Shown one piece after another: positions 41,917 to 51,649 of a stretch of 64,000 bases of DNA (the stretch's first letter is position 1; every line of letters starts with the position of its first letter). The stretch is taken from the NCBI RefSeq assembly GCF_001194135.2, contig NC_068987.1, positions 19,139,726 through 19,203,725 on the forward strand, in the 5' to 3' direction. The DNA is from Octopus bimaculoides (lineage: Eukaryota). Under the pieces are notes generated by a model. That model did not search any database, had not been told where the DNA came from, and saw nothing but the letters and a program-made list of their open reading frames with translations. The translations under genes were made by a program, and so were the position numbers.

Positions 41917-43049
41917 CACGAACATATGCTCTATATAGGACAGTAGCAACTTATTCTCAATAAATTTTTAAGGATTAGAAAATGAAACTCAATATCATTA
42001 AACTATGTAGAATAGCATCAAAAGAATTGAACAGGGTTTTTCTTCGAATACCATTAATAGATAGCAATGGGACTGGATGGATATAATAACCTCAGAGCAA
42101 GAAAAAAAATCTAAAGTTCAAAGATCAAGTATGTCTAAATCTGAAATGTAAAATCAAAAAATAAAAACACGTTTAAAAAACAAGACGTTATATTCTTTAC
42201 ATTCGTACAGCATACATAATGCTGTGTGTGTATGTATAAATATATATATATATCGGTGAATGTGTGTACATACACACACACAATCTTGTAATTCCACGAA
42301 TCGAGAGCTATTAATAGACAAAATATGAATACAAAACTAATGTAATTAAGTGGATCAAAGCAACTTTAATTATAAATTGTTAATAAATGTAATTTAAATA
42401 CGTATAAAACAAAGTACACTATCGCAAGTGCGTGGGTACATGGAGATATACGAGGTGCAAGATACAAGTGAAACATATGGACACATGTGGTCGACATGAC
42501 CACATCTAGTTAAATCTATACCCTCCTCTTCATGCAAGGATGATACCCCATACCAAACCAGATTTTTTTTTAAAAAACCACGATTATTGATTTACACTTA
42601 CCGATCGGTGTAGGATTAGCTTGTTTGCTGTTTCCAGTTTTACCCTTATTCCATGGATTGTGCTTTGGCAGGGGAGCTTCGACATATGTTTTGTTGTCGA
42701 ATTTCTTCACTTCGACACGTGTTTGCGTGTTTGAACCCTTACTGGAATCTGACTTGGAGTTCCTCTTCCCATCGTCAGCTGTCGAGGTATTATTATTATT
42801 ATTATGGCTACTATTAGTAGTAGCAGAGTGTCCGTTGGGGCCGGAAGAGGCTACTGCGGTCGGAGAGGACATAGCTGTGGCATGGGTATTGGAACTAGTC
42901 GTGGGACTGGCGTTGGTTTCGCTCTTTGACTTTCTCTGGTTCTCGGCGACTGTTTTATTTCGATGAGTGCTGCTACAGTCCGGAGAGGAGACGAGGTGTG
43001 TTGTTGACGATGAGGTGCCCGTCGACTGTGATGAGACCTTTGTCGCCAT
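464..43049 (-). CDS. LARP1: La-related protein 1 gene, 5' part (9 coding exons, about 494 aa); continues beyond the left edge of the window
   Basis: Exons join in frame through GT-AG sites with matching phases (1,0,0,0,1,1,1,2,0,1). The protein shows LARP1-type motifs in the expected order: EAPLPKHNPW, DNWPALSE, GAKKKGCRQKWVPLEIE, RG-rich tract, La motif ([41 protein letters not shown]), KWP and PAM2 (SNLHPDVPEFIPG). Confidence 0.93.
1546..1690 (-). CDS. LARP1: LARP1 La-motif exon ([48 protein letters not shown])
   Basis: Acceptor ttttcag, donor GAG|gtatgt; 145 nt, phase 2-0; typical La-motif sequence. Confidence 0.96.
2089..2310. mobile_element. piggyBac-like MITE with TTAA at both ends; degenerate relatives near 16600-16800, 21605-21845, 23680-23790 and 54990-55112
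   Basis: TTAA|tcctttaacattc ... aaacaataaaggg|TTAA; imperfect CCCTTT terminal inverted repeats; shared internal sequence in the other copies. Confidence 0.7.
2365..2482 (-). CDS. LARP1: LARP1 exon (GFSLHDPYQYDPTAYFNGTMYYG...KEFIKSQI), start of La motif
   Basis: Acceptor ccctttcactag, donor AAT|gtaagt; 118 nt, phase 1-2. Confidence 0.92.
2587..2850. mobile_element. hAT (Charlie/MER5-like) MITE
   Basis: Ends caatgattcccaacc and gtttgggaacagctg resemble CAGTGGTTCCCAACC-type TIRs; the 8-bp flanks match at 5 of 8 positions. Confidence 0.55.
3378..3512 (-). CDS. LARP1: LARP1 RG-rich exon (VPESGNWRDG...RGGRRGRGRGRGAGGSGRGRGR)
   Basis: Acceptor tactttttttcag, donor AGGG|gtttgt; 135 nt, phase 1-1. 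Confidence 0.9.
4074..4232 (-). CDS. LARP1: LARP1 exon (GCRQKWVPLEIEPPK...EPGSK)
   Basis: Acceptor ttttatgcag, donor AAAG|gtaagc; 159 nt, phase 1-1; KWVPL motif. Confidence 0.92.
4838..4997 (-). CDS. LARP1: LARP1 exon (LQVTKKS...DDSAKENKENGAVAEDANKGAKKK)
   Basis: Acceptor ttttacag, donor AAAG|gtttgt; 160 nt, phase 0-1. Confidence 0.85.
5458..5553 (-). CDS. LARP1: LARP1 exon (SRLTPTLAATTDMDGSNGFHDDNWPALSEVTD)
   Basis: Acceptor tttatttccag, donor GAT|gtaagt; 96 nt, phase 0-0; NWP motif as in LARP1 proteins. Confidence 0.88.
7192..7241 (-). CDS. LARP1: LARP1 exon (ETKVIKITQDKKVDVPK)
   Basis: Acceptor tttctttttcctttttag, donor AAG|gtaagt; 50 nt, supplies the required phase 1 to 0 change. Confidence 0.85.
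7340..7660 (+). mobile_element. Decayed RTE-clade LINE ORF2 C-terminal fragment
   Basis: GIFYGEVVTGRRVTG*P, then a frameshift to HLHYKDFYKR...C*KAVAANNMK*, resembling the RTE pattern LLYGELxxGxRxxGRPxLRYKD...W. Confidence 0.6.
13028..13237. other. Assembly gap; other gaps at 54342-54385, 55155-55270, 58493-58880, 61087-61423 and 62739-62881
   Basis: Runs of N, almost all flanked by dinucleotide or homopolymer tracts. Confidence 0.99.
13340..13604 (-). mobile_element. 5' portion of a non-autonomous Helitron
   Basis: Minus strand A|TCTATATATATAAAAATGAGAATG followed by (TGTC)n and gaactacgcaaccaatttcattcaaattt, a typical non-autonomous Helitron 5' end. The 3' end was not found and may lie in the N-gap. 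Confidence 0.6.
14621..14840 (+). mobile_element. SINE-like retroposon with tRNA-type head, G-tract and hammerhead-like 3' region, flanked by a 13-bp TSD
   Basis: AGAATGGAGCATG at 14608-14620 and 14841-14853; A-box-like TAGCATAGTGG at 14630-14640. Confidence 0.8.
14754..14796 (+). ncRNA. Degenerate minimal type-I hammerhead ribozyme motif (Penelope-like element type)
   Basis: GACAC-CTGAAGA-A-GGCTG(loop)CAGCC-GAAA-T-GTGTT: stem I, both core boxes and a perfect 5-bp stem II are present; helix III and the cleavage triplet are missing. Confidence 0.55.
18418..18555 (-). mobile_element. About 135-nt retroposon 3' fragment (GGCGTTAGGAAGGGCATCC...(GAT)n); near-identical copies at 53598-53738 (-) and 62882-63015 (+)
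   Basis: Direct comparison of the three copies. Longer, more diverged family members lie near 6740-6960, 9640-9830, 14210-14400, 15295-15480, 32040-32240 and 49620-49870. Confidence 0.8.
22087..22722 (-). mobile_element. Internally deleted hAT transposon (SPIN/GTF2IRD2-like) with a transposase C-terminal remnant
   Basis: TIR-like ends caggcaccaccaaact and agtttggtgaccccctg. Remnant VELQLVLIDLQANDLLKEK...FPHL...KSAH*TRLTHEQL...HQFHKSH*. Flanks aactagat and gacaagac (5/8 match, CTAGA-like target). Confidence 0.78.
32779..32799 (-). CDS. LARP1: Candidate 21-nt LARP1 microexon (ETVTKVQ)
   Basis: Acceptor tctttttctatctatttttag, donor AAG|gtatgc; open in phase 1, matching both neighbouring exons. 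Confidence 0.55.
40400..40480. promoter_or_regulatory. Intronic CpG-rich promoter-like island: palindromic E-box plus two YY1-like sites
   Basis: TGTCACGTGACA (40409-40420), CCGCCATATT (40424-40433), AAAATGGCCGC (about 40468-40478). Confidence 0.5.
42602..43049 (-). CDS. LARP1: LARP1 first coding exon (MATKVSSQ...EAPLPKHNPWNKG...PI), S/T/N-rich disordered N-terminus
   Basis: ATG in context AATATGGCG; 448 nt open; PLPxxNPW motif; donor ATCG|gtaagt (phase 1). Confidence 0.85.
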
Positions 43050-44249
43050 ATTGAACGGTTTCTCGAGAAAAGACTGATCAAAGCAAGATATGTCTTTTGT
43101 GTCTCCTCGAACGTGCTCCAGGTTAACTAGAAGTCCTTGTCAGACTGCTGGTAGTTAAAGCACATAGAAAATACCATACATAGATGATGGTGCAAGTTTT
43201 ATTTTTGCTCTTAGATCTAGTAATGACGACAATTATAATGATTATTATTATTATTATTATATAAACAATATAAAAAGCGCTTTTTAACTTCAGCAAGAAT
43301 TGTAAAAAGGAAACAAAGTTTAATAAAAAGAAATTAATACGATCTCAAATGTATCTTATTTAGGTTCATTCACACCAAAAATTTCAAAAACATTTGAATA
43401 ATCGTAAGAGAGGAATAATAAATCTTGCTTAAGCAGCAACAAAAATTTGTGATTCAAAGCTTGTATTTCTTTTTTCTTTTCTCTTTCTTTGCAAAATTAA
43501 GAAGAGATTAAAACGAAAAATAATCAGAATATTAATAACAATAATAATAATAGTAATCCTGGTTTTGAGGAATTTCCAATTAATAAACGGAATTAGCTGC
43601 TTCTGGAGGGGGTTATATATGCAGAGCTTTCTTTTTTTGGCTTAATTTTATAATAGCATTCCGTGTTTTATCCTTCACCAATATATTTTTTTTTAAATTG
43701 TCCTTTTTTTTGTACTATATAGATGTACTTTATGTAATGTATATAATATACACACACACAAACGAGCACTAATGCTTTATATGTATATATAGTTTTCTAT
43801 AGCTAAATATATGCCCTGTATGTATGTATGTATATGAGTGTGTGTAATTAAGTATATATATATATATACACACACAAATGTCTCTTATAGCAGAGTTTTT
43901 TTCATCAAAATATTTAAAAGGGATCCTTTCTTTTTTTCCTTGCTTGTTATCGTTTTTATCTCCTGAAATAACTGAGGCAGACAGACAGAAAAAAAAAATG
44001 TCTTTTTTTTTTTTTTCTCTTCTTCAAATTTTTTCCCCCAAAGATGTGTCTTGTGGGTAGACACACAAATTGCTGCGGGTAAAGTCCGTTGTTGTTGTAA
44101 TCAGTCAGTTAAGTAAAAGTAAAATCCCAGTAGCGAAAAAAAAAAAAAATTTTTCAGTTTTCAAGCTTGCACAGCTCTCACACCCGCTCAGCCCACAAAC
44201 AGCTTAAATGCTGCCGTCTCTCCTACAAGTGGACTCCCTGCAAAAGCAC

Positions 44250-44410
44250 ATGTCGCCATTACACGAGAGAAGGAGAATCGCGCATGCGTACCGAACAACA
44301 GTGGCGGGGGTGTTTGACTGTCTGTGTGGACGGAAGCGGTGGTGGGAGGGGGACGGCGACGGTGGACGGGAACGGTGTCACGTGACTGACCAGTACAGTA
44401 GCCATTGGTG
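44250..44410 (-). promoter_or_regulatory. Probable main LARP1 promoter (TATA-less, CpG-rich)
   Basis: About 1.2 kb upstream of the ATG: CGCCATT (YY1-like), GCGCATGCG (NRF1-like, about 44280-44288), CGGAAG (ETS, 44351-44356), GTCACGTGAC (44377-44386), ATTGG (44404-44408). Confidence 0.6.
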
Positions 44411-44419
44411 CAGGAGAAA

Positions 44420-44634
44420 GAGAGAGAGAAACAGATAAAAGGTGAATAGAAAGAGAGAGAAACAGATGAAAGGTGAATAGAAAGACAGAGAGAGAGAGAG
44501 AGAAAGAAACAGATGAACGGTGAATAGAAAGACAGAGAGAGAAACAGATGAAAGGGGAATAGAAAGAGAGAGAAACAGATGAAAGGGGAATAGAAAGAGA
44601 GAGAGAGAAACAGATGAAAGGTGAATAGAAAGAG
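44420..44634 (+). repeat. Minisatellite, about 6 units: core AAACAGATGAAAGGTGAATAGAAA separated by variable (GA)n
   Basis: Six near-identical cores read directly from the sequence. Confidence 0.9.
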
Positions 44635-46340
44635 GTTTAAAGATGCATAGAAAGGCAGAGAGCGAGGGAAAAGAAGAGGAAATTTAAGGAATTAGAAAAA
44701 GAAACTCGAAGATATTAGGTAAATCGATGAAAAAAAAATGTAGTAGGGAGAGGTGTAAACGCAGAAAACGTCTATAGTGTGATAGAGAGGGACGTAAACA
44801 TAGATTGTGAACAACTGAGAGAGGAATTGCTAGAAAGAAGCAAAGTAACCAGAGAGAAAAGGATTTCGTAAAAACACTAGTAATGAAAGGGAACGAAACA
44901 AAGTGAGAGAGAGAGAGCGACAAAGCGAGCGAGAAGGAGGAGGAGGAGGAAATTAATGAAAGAATCGTTAGTGAGGAAGAAATGCAAAGAAGGGAAAAGA
45001 CAGACACTGAAGAGGAGTACATTTCGAGGAACGACGGACAGACGCCAAATGTGACAGGATTGGAAATAGGACAAATATATATTTAATAGATAGATAGATA
45101 GAGAGAGAGAAACAGGACGGTAGAGAAGGTCTCTGTGGATCCTAAAACAAAAGAAAAGCAGTTGTACCAGAATACGAAGATAAGAAAATTAAATGAGAAG
45201 TCAGATGAAGCAATAGAAAAAAAAAACAAAACAAAACAATAAGGAATTAGAGGGGGACATGTTTGTGTGTGTGTGTGAAATAGCGAGCTATATACATAGC
45301 TAGTTAGAAGAGAAAAAGGAAGACTTAGTGTGAAAGAATTAGTTGTTTTGTGGCTGTTGTTAATTTCTTAAGCACTGTTTGACTACCATAAGTTAATAGT
45401 AGAGGAATAAGAAGTGTGAAAATTTACCGTGTAGCACGTATATGGTTTGTTTCTTTTACTTATAATTGCATCATTTGCTTGGATGTGTAGGGAGAGGTCG
45501 GACAGTTTCTAGTTTGGGCGAAAGCTAATAGCTGCTTATCAATTAACAATTTAATATAATGGTATACATATATAGAAGCGTAATTGCAGGCATCTCGTTA
45601 GATCTCCGCACAATACACTTAATTAAATATGCATCAGTTCACCTATCAGCGGGGAATGCTATCTACGGTGTACTGGTGTCCTATCCAGGGTGCGTAGAGG
45701 GGATCAGCTCGTATCCACTTACAAAATACAGAGCTAGGTAACAGCTTTATGAGTTCATGGAGATATTTATCATTTCATTTGATTTTAGTCTCAAAATTTA
45801 TCTTGTACGAGGAAGAGAAACTGGCATGTGTTTTATTGACCTCAGTGAAAGGACATGAAATGCAAATTTGACTCTTTCCAGTTGAACTTGAATTCTGAAA
45901 TGTGCAAAAGATGAACAGGAGATCGTGTACTCGCTTTTATCTTTTATAAGACTCAATTTGACTCTTTTTGATGAACTGCTAAGTTATGGTGACAAACAAA
46001 CCAAAACCAGTCGTCAAGCAGTGGGGCAACAGACACAAAGATGCATACATATATACGTATATGTGACAGATTTCTTTCCATTATCGTCTACCAAATCTCA
46101 CAAAGCTTTGGTTGGTCTGAGGCTATAGTGGAAGGCATTTGTCCAAGGTGCCATGTTGTGGGATTAAATCTCAAACAATGTAGTTGGGAAACAAACTGCT
46201 TACAACACACTCATAGGATTCTCATCTTTTTACAATTCTAGATCACTGAAAAGATTGCTCGATATGTCCCAGCCATTCTTCACCAGTCCTTTTAAGTGCC
46301 AGCATGAATTTGGAAGCTGGCAATAGATTTTACTTTACAT

Positions 46341-46710
46341 ATGTTGTTGTTGACACTCCATCGCTTACGACGTCGAGGGTTCTAGTTGATCCGATCAATG
46401 GAACAGCCTGCTCGTGAAATTAACGTGCAAGTGGCTGAGCACTCCACAGACACGTGTACCCTTAACGTAGTTCTCGGTGATATTCAGCGTGACCCTTTGA
46501 ATTACAGGTACAACAGAAACAGGAAGAAAGAATAAGAGAAAGTTGTGGTGAAAGAGTACAGCAGGGTTCACCACCATCCCCTGCCGGAGCCTCGTGGAGC
46601 TTTAGGTGTTTTCGCTCAATAAACACTCACAACGCCCAGTCTGGGAATCGAAATCGCGATCCTATGACCGCGAGTCCGCTGCCCTAACCACTGGGCCATT
46701 GCGCCTCCAC
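46341..46710 (-). mobile_element. tRNA-derived SINE, CpG-intact (probably young), with (CAA)n tail
   Basis: Minus-strand head GTGGAGGCGCAATGGCCCAGTGGTTAGGG (A box) and GATTTCGATTCCC (B box); 3' region shared with the copies at 47070-47610. Confidence 0.85.
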
Positions 46711-47069
46711 ACTTTACATATAAATTTTACAGGAAAGAAACTCATAAGGATTTTGTGTTGTCTATTTATAGAAAGTAATACTAGAAATCCAATCTCATTT
46801 CCCATCCCTTGTAAACTTTGGTTCCCATAGCTCTTTCTCTATCAAGAACTAGATTAATGTTTCTAACTGCTTTGGAGCCTAAAACACTACCCTGTTCTTC
46901 ATAGATTTCAGGCCAATGGTTTTTGAAACATTTCTTACCTATGAATCCCTTTGATTCCTATTATACTCAGATGGACCCCCATAGCCATTCAGTGTTTAAA
47001 AAGTCCTACTTTATTTCTAATATTAAATATCATTAGGAATTATATAAAAAAATATTGTTAGAATATTAC

Positions 47070-47275
47070 TTCCTGTTTCTGTTGTGCCTGTAATTCAAAG
47101 GGTCAGCCTTGTCACATTCTGTGTCACACTGAATCTCCCCAAGAACTATGTTAAGGGTACACGTGTCTGTGGAGTGCTCAGCCACTTGCACGTTAATTTC
47201 ACGAGCAGGCTGTTCCGTTGATCGGATCAACTGGAACCCTCAACGTCGTAAACGACAGAGTGCCAACACACACAC
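47070..47275 (+). mobile_element. 5'-truncated SINE/LINE tail copy
   Basis: Near-identical to the reverse complement of about 46345-46530. Confidence 0.8.
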
Positions 47276-47287
47276 ATAACAGAGAGT

Positions 47288-47610
47288 GAAGGCATGTGGC
47301 TTAGCGGTTAGGGTATTCAGCTCACAGTCGTAAAGTTGTGAGTTCAATTCCTGGTAGTGTGTTGTATCTTTGAGGAAGTCACTTTATTTCTTGTTGCTCT
47401 AGTCCACTCAGCTGGCAAAATTGAGTAGTACCTGTATTTCAAAGGGTGAGCCTTGTCACATTCTGTGTCACTCTGAATCTCCTCGAGAACTACATTAAGG
47501 GTACATGTGTCTGTGGAGTGCTCAGCCACTTACATGTTAATTTCACGAGCAGACTGTTCTGTTGATGGGATCAATTGGAACCCTCATCATCATAACCGAT
47601 GGAGTGTCAG
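47288..47610 (+). mobile_element. tRNA-derived SINE with a different head but the same 3' tail as 46341-46710
   Basis: A box TGGCTTAGCGG, B box GAGTTCAATTCC; shared tail gtggagtgctcagccact...ggaaccctc. Confidence 0.8.
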
Positions 47611-48149
47611 TTAGTTAGTACATATGACAATAATCTGAATGCTAAAGAGTTAATGGTTTTTGGTAAAGAAGAACAAGCTCTGCCTTGATGTTTGCAGTCC
47701 ATTGGAAACTAGTGATGTCGATGTGGTTGAGGTTTAGCTTTAAGAGCTGCAAAATATTGGTAAGAATGGAATTTTACTAGGTTGGAACAAGGAAAAAGGA
47801 TCAGACAAAATTGTGGGAAGAAAATTTTAGGAGGTAAGACTATCAGTCTAATATAACTCTGTGAGCACTCTAATTTTTTCACAGTGAACATACCAGCCAC
47901 CATGAAAGAGCACCCTTGAAAGAACTATATGGGTTGGCTGATTAACAACCATCTGGTTCCGTGGTACCTTTAGGAAAGCTCAATCTGTTGCAAGCATTTG
48001 AACCAGACACCCTCTGGTTCTTTCCCTTCCACTTTTTTCTGCAGGCATTAAATCACATTTGTTCAGACTTGGCACCAGTTTAGTAGGGTCTGTAAATATC
48101 ATGAAAATTACTTCTGCTCTGATTCACTTATAGCCAATTTTTTTTTTCC

Positions 48150-48570
48150 TGATTGATAGGATTGAGGTGATTGATATTCAACTTGAACTTCTGCAAATCA
48201 ATTCTTGTGGATAAAAGATAGACAGGAAGGGCATTCCAAAGGAGTGGAAGAAGGGGAAGGATAAGAAAAAGTGGGAAGTGAGGGGCTTGCAATGGGCAAT
48301 ACAGAACATATGACAAAGAAATGTTGGGTGATCTTGAGTGAAGATGGAATGCAACTGTTTAGCTCTGAGGAGTGAAGGTCATTATAATGTGGTAGAAGAA
48401 GTAGAATGAAGCGACGAGATGTCTGTGGGCAATGGACTGTGGAGTATATTGGTGTGTGAGTCTCTTACCAATTATCAGAATGGCATTCTTTTGGTTGTGG
48501 TGAAAGATGTTTTCACATGTAACAGCAGCGTTGTCCCAGATATGGGAGATATATTTCATTGATATATTGA
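48150..48570 (-). mobile_element. Decayed CR1/L2-group LINE 3' fragment (region after the reverse transcriptase)
   Basis: KYISHIWDNA...QKNAILIIG...HRHLVASFYFFY and LWNALP...DLQKFKLNINHL resemble the EYCSHIW...HRRNVASL.LFY...LWNSLP...FK pattern. Confidence 0.7.
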
Positions 48571-50120
48571 TTGAACAATGCTACATTGATTTTATCTTAT
48601 TTCTGTAGTGATTTTGATTGATTAAGCACTAATTACATTTTCAATAATAGTTGAGTTGGCTAAGTCAGTAGGGTACTCAGCAACAAGAGATCAGCGGTTC
48701 ATTTAACTTTAAAATAACCTCAGCTCACCTAGCGGTCTATGTATTTACTAATTCATTATTCATACTGTTTAGTACTCTTGCAATTATACTTTGGCTGTCA
48801 ATTCATTTACCATTATGTAAATGAATTGTGCCTAAGCACATGTTTATATTTTAATAAGTAAAATGGTTTACTGGTATTTTATCATATTTGGAGACAGATG
48901 TGAGCAAGCCTATTAAGCTGTAAAGGCAATAAAACCAGTTGGTTTTAACCCCATCTCAAGCTGCCAAAAAAGGCCCTCATTGTCCTTTTTTATGGTAGAA
49001 CTAATTTTTTTTTTTCTATAGTTTCAGCTGAAAGCTGCGGCCATGCTGATGCACAGCCGTTTTGCTACACTTTTATTACTGAGAGCCTCCTCCAATATGT
49101 GGCACTTGGTGAAGAATGGAGTTTGATTTAGCTACCCTCATTTGCACCTCTTGCCGTGAGGTAGGTTCATCTGGGACTCTCGACAGGAAGAGGTCCAGCT
49201 TTGATTTAAAAACCTCTACATCTACTTGAGTATTACTAGTAAGTACTAGTTACACACTGAGGTCAATGTAATCAACTGGTCCCCTCCCCCAAAATTTCAG
49301 ACCTTGTGCCTATAGTAGAAAGAATTACTACTACTACTACTACTGCTACTACAATAACAACAATAATAATAATTGTGTCTTTATTACTCACAAAGACCCA
49401 TATATACAATATAAAATGTGTCACATAAAAGAAGTTACAAAACATGTAGAGTATTAAAAAGCTGTGGGCCCCTGAAACCCAAACTGTTGCAGTAACTGGT
49501 ACATATAAATAGAAGTTTTCCTAGCCATTTGGTTTGGGGTTCAGTCCCACTGCATGGCACTTAGGGCAAGTGTCTTCTACTAAATGCTAGGGTTGATCAA
49601 AGTAAGAGGATTTGGTAGATGGAAACTGAAAAAAACCTGTCATATGTATAAATATATGCATATATGTGTGTTGTGTGTCTCCTCTTACAAGTGATGTCCT
49701 TTATTTCTGATCTGCAAAACCATGTCTGGCCATTGAGAAATAGTACCTTGCTTGGAAACAGATGAGGGTTGGCAACAGGAAGGGCGTCTAGCAACAGAAA
49801 ATCAACACAAGGAATTTTGTCAGACCCATGCAAGTGTTGAAAAGTAGATGCTAAAACAACAGGGATAATGTTGTTGATGATGATGATGATGATGAATACA
49901 ATGACGGCAACTCTAAACTCTTGCTTTTTTTTTGTTTGTTTGTTTGTTTTTCTAGCATGAAGTGAATCCAGTTATTGCTTTTGGTCCCAATTTGGAGTCA
50001 TTTCACCATGCTTGACCTTCTAATGTAGGTTTGAGAAAATCTTAAACATCCCAATTTTGCTCTTCTCCTTTTCTCTCAATCCTGATGTGTCTGTTGCCTT
50101 CCCTATAACACTTGTGTATA

Positions 50121-50287
50121 GGCGTAGGAGTGGGTGTGTGGTAAGTAGCTTGCTTGCGAACCACATGGTTCTGGGTTCAGTCCCACTGTGTGGCACTTTG
50201 GGCAAGTGTGTCTTCTACTATAGCACTGGGCCGACCAATGCCTTGTGAGTGGATTTGGTAGACGGAAACTGAAAGAAGCCTGTCGTA

Positions 50288-50334
<47 letters not shown>

Positions 50335-50530
50335 TTCTGTGTTTGTCCCCTCAACATCGCTTCACAACCGATGCTGGTGTGTTTACGTCCCTGTAACTTA
50401 GCAGTTCGGCAAAAGAGACCAATAGAATAAGTACTAGGTTTACAAAGAATAAGTCTTGGGGTCGATGTGCTTGACTAAAGGCGATGCTCCAGCATGGCCA
50501 CAGTCAAATGACTGAAACAAGTAAAAGAGT
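50121..50530 (+). mobile_element. Full-length octopus-type tRNA-derived SINE with central (TA)n(TG)n
   Basis: Head GGCGTAGGAGTGGGTGTGTGGTAAG, B box GGTTCAGTCCC, tail TGAAACAAGTAAAAGAG; many copies in the window. Confidence 0.9.
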
Positions 50531-51242
50531 ACATCCTAACTTTATGAAAGGAATAAAAATAAAAATAAAAATTTTCAAGGGATAAACTGATGCAGTTTAC
50601 TGTTAATTCTTGTAACAGTCTCAGAGAGTTGAAATGAGTATGTGAATGCCAGAAGCACTAGACCAGATGTTACAAAACATCTATTTTAGCTCAGTTGTCT
50701 GTTTGTCATTGCTATCTCTACAACATTGTACAGTATCTAACTACCATAGTGTTAGCTACAAAACTTTGCTATTGTTGTCCCTACAACAGTTACTGACATT
50801 ACTCCTTTTACATTCAGAGTTGAAGTCCCACTGAGGTCAAATTTTACCTTCCATCTTTCTAGGATTCATTGAATAATTCAGCAGTAAATCCTGCGTTTTG
50901 TGTTAATCAGATATACACTCACTCAAGATTTGTGACATTGTGCCAATGACATAAATCAATATTATGATGATTACTATAACTATAACTAATACTTACTGTT
51001 TCTAGTTCACTCCAACCACTATCACAACAACCAATGCAACCCCTACCATCTTTATCATCACCATCATCATCACCATCGCCATCACCACCACCACTATCGC
51101 CACAGAAGCAAAAGCAATAGTGCACAGATCTGAAAAAGACAAAGGTGCATCTGGTGGCATGAGAAAAAACTCACATGAACTAACTAAAAATAAAAAAATA
51201 AATAGTAATAATAATAATATTATTACTATAATAATAATAATA

Positions 51243-51286
<44 letters not shown>

Positions 51287-51502
51287 GGTAGTGAGCTGGC
51301 AGAATCGTTAGCACGCCGAGCAAAATGCTTAGTTGTAGTGCATCTGTCTTCACGTTCTGAGTTCAAATGCTGCCAGGGTCGACTTTGCCTTTCATCCTTT
51401 TGGGGGTCGATAAACTAAGTACTAGTTACACACTGAGGTCAATGTAATTGACTAGTCTCCTCCCACAAAACTTCAGACCTTGTGCCGGTAGTAGAAAGAA
51501 TT
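51287..51502 (+). mobile_element. tRNA-derived SINE with a Meta/Sauria-like central domain; minus-strand relative near 17190-17405
   Basis: A box GAGCTGGCAGAATCG, B box GAGTTCAAATGC; central GTCGACTTTGCCTTTCATCCTTT..GGGGTCGATAAA. Confidence 0.7.
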
Positions 51503-51649
51503 ACTACTACTATAATAACAACAATAATAATAATTGTGTCTTTATTATTCACAAAGACCCATATATACAATATAAAATGTGTCACATAAAAGAAGTTACA
51601 AAACATGTAGGGATATGAATGTGTGTGCACACACACACATGCATAACGA

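Noticed and set aside
42625-43081. Overlapping ORFs 42625-42966 (+) and 42851-43081 (-)
   Set aside because: They are antisense or alternate-frame shadows of the LARP1 first coding exon.
44420-44634. CRISPR-like repeat-spacer pattern
   Set aside because: The spacers are only (GA)n tracts, there are no cas genes, and the context is eukaryotic; it is a minisatellite.
45000-45035. Second hammerhead candidate at CTGAAGA
   Set aside because: No convincing stem II or downstream GAAA box.
44684-45074. Hydrophobic, membrane-like ORFs on the minus strand
   Set aside because: They are translations of purine/pyrimidine-skewed low-complexity DNA with no splice or homology support.
45640-45745. Possible Nin/Deu-domain SINE remnant
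   Set aside because: The resemblance is too degenerate to call without an alignment.
46640-46710. tRNA gene (also SINE heads at 47288, 50121, 51287, 57369)
   Set aside because: A and B boxes are present, but I found no complete cloverleaf and each runs into a SINE body.
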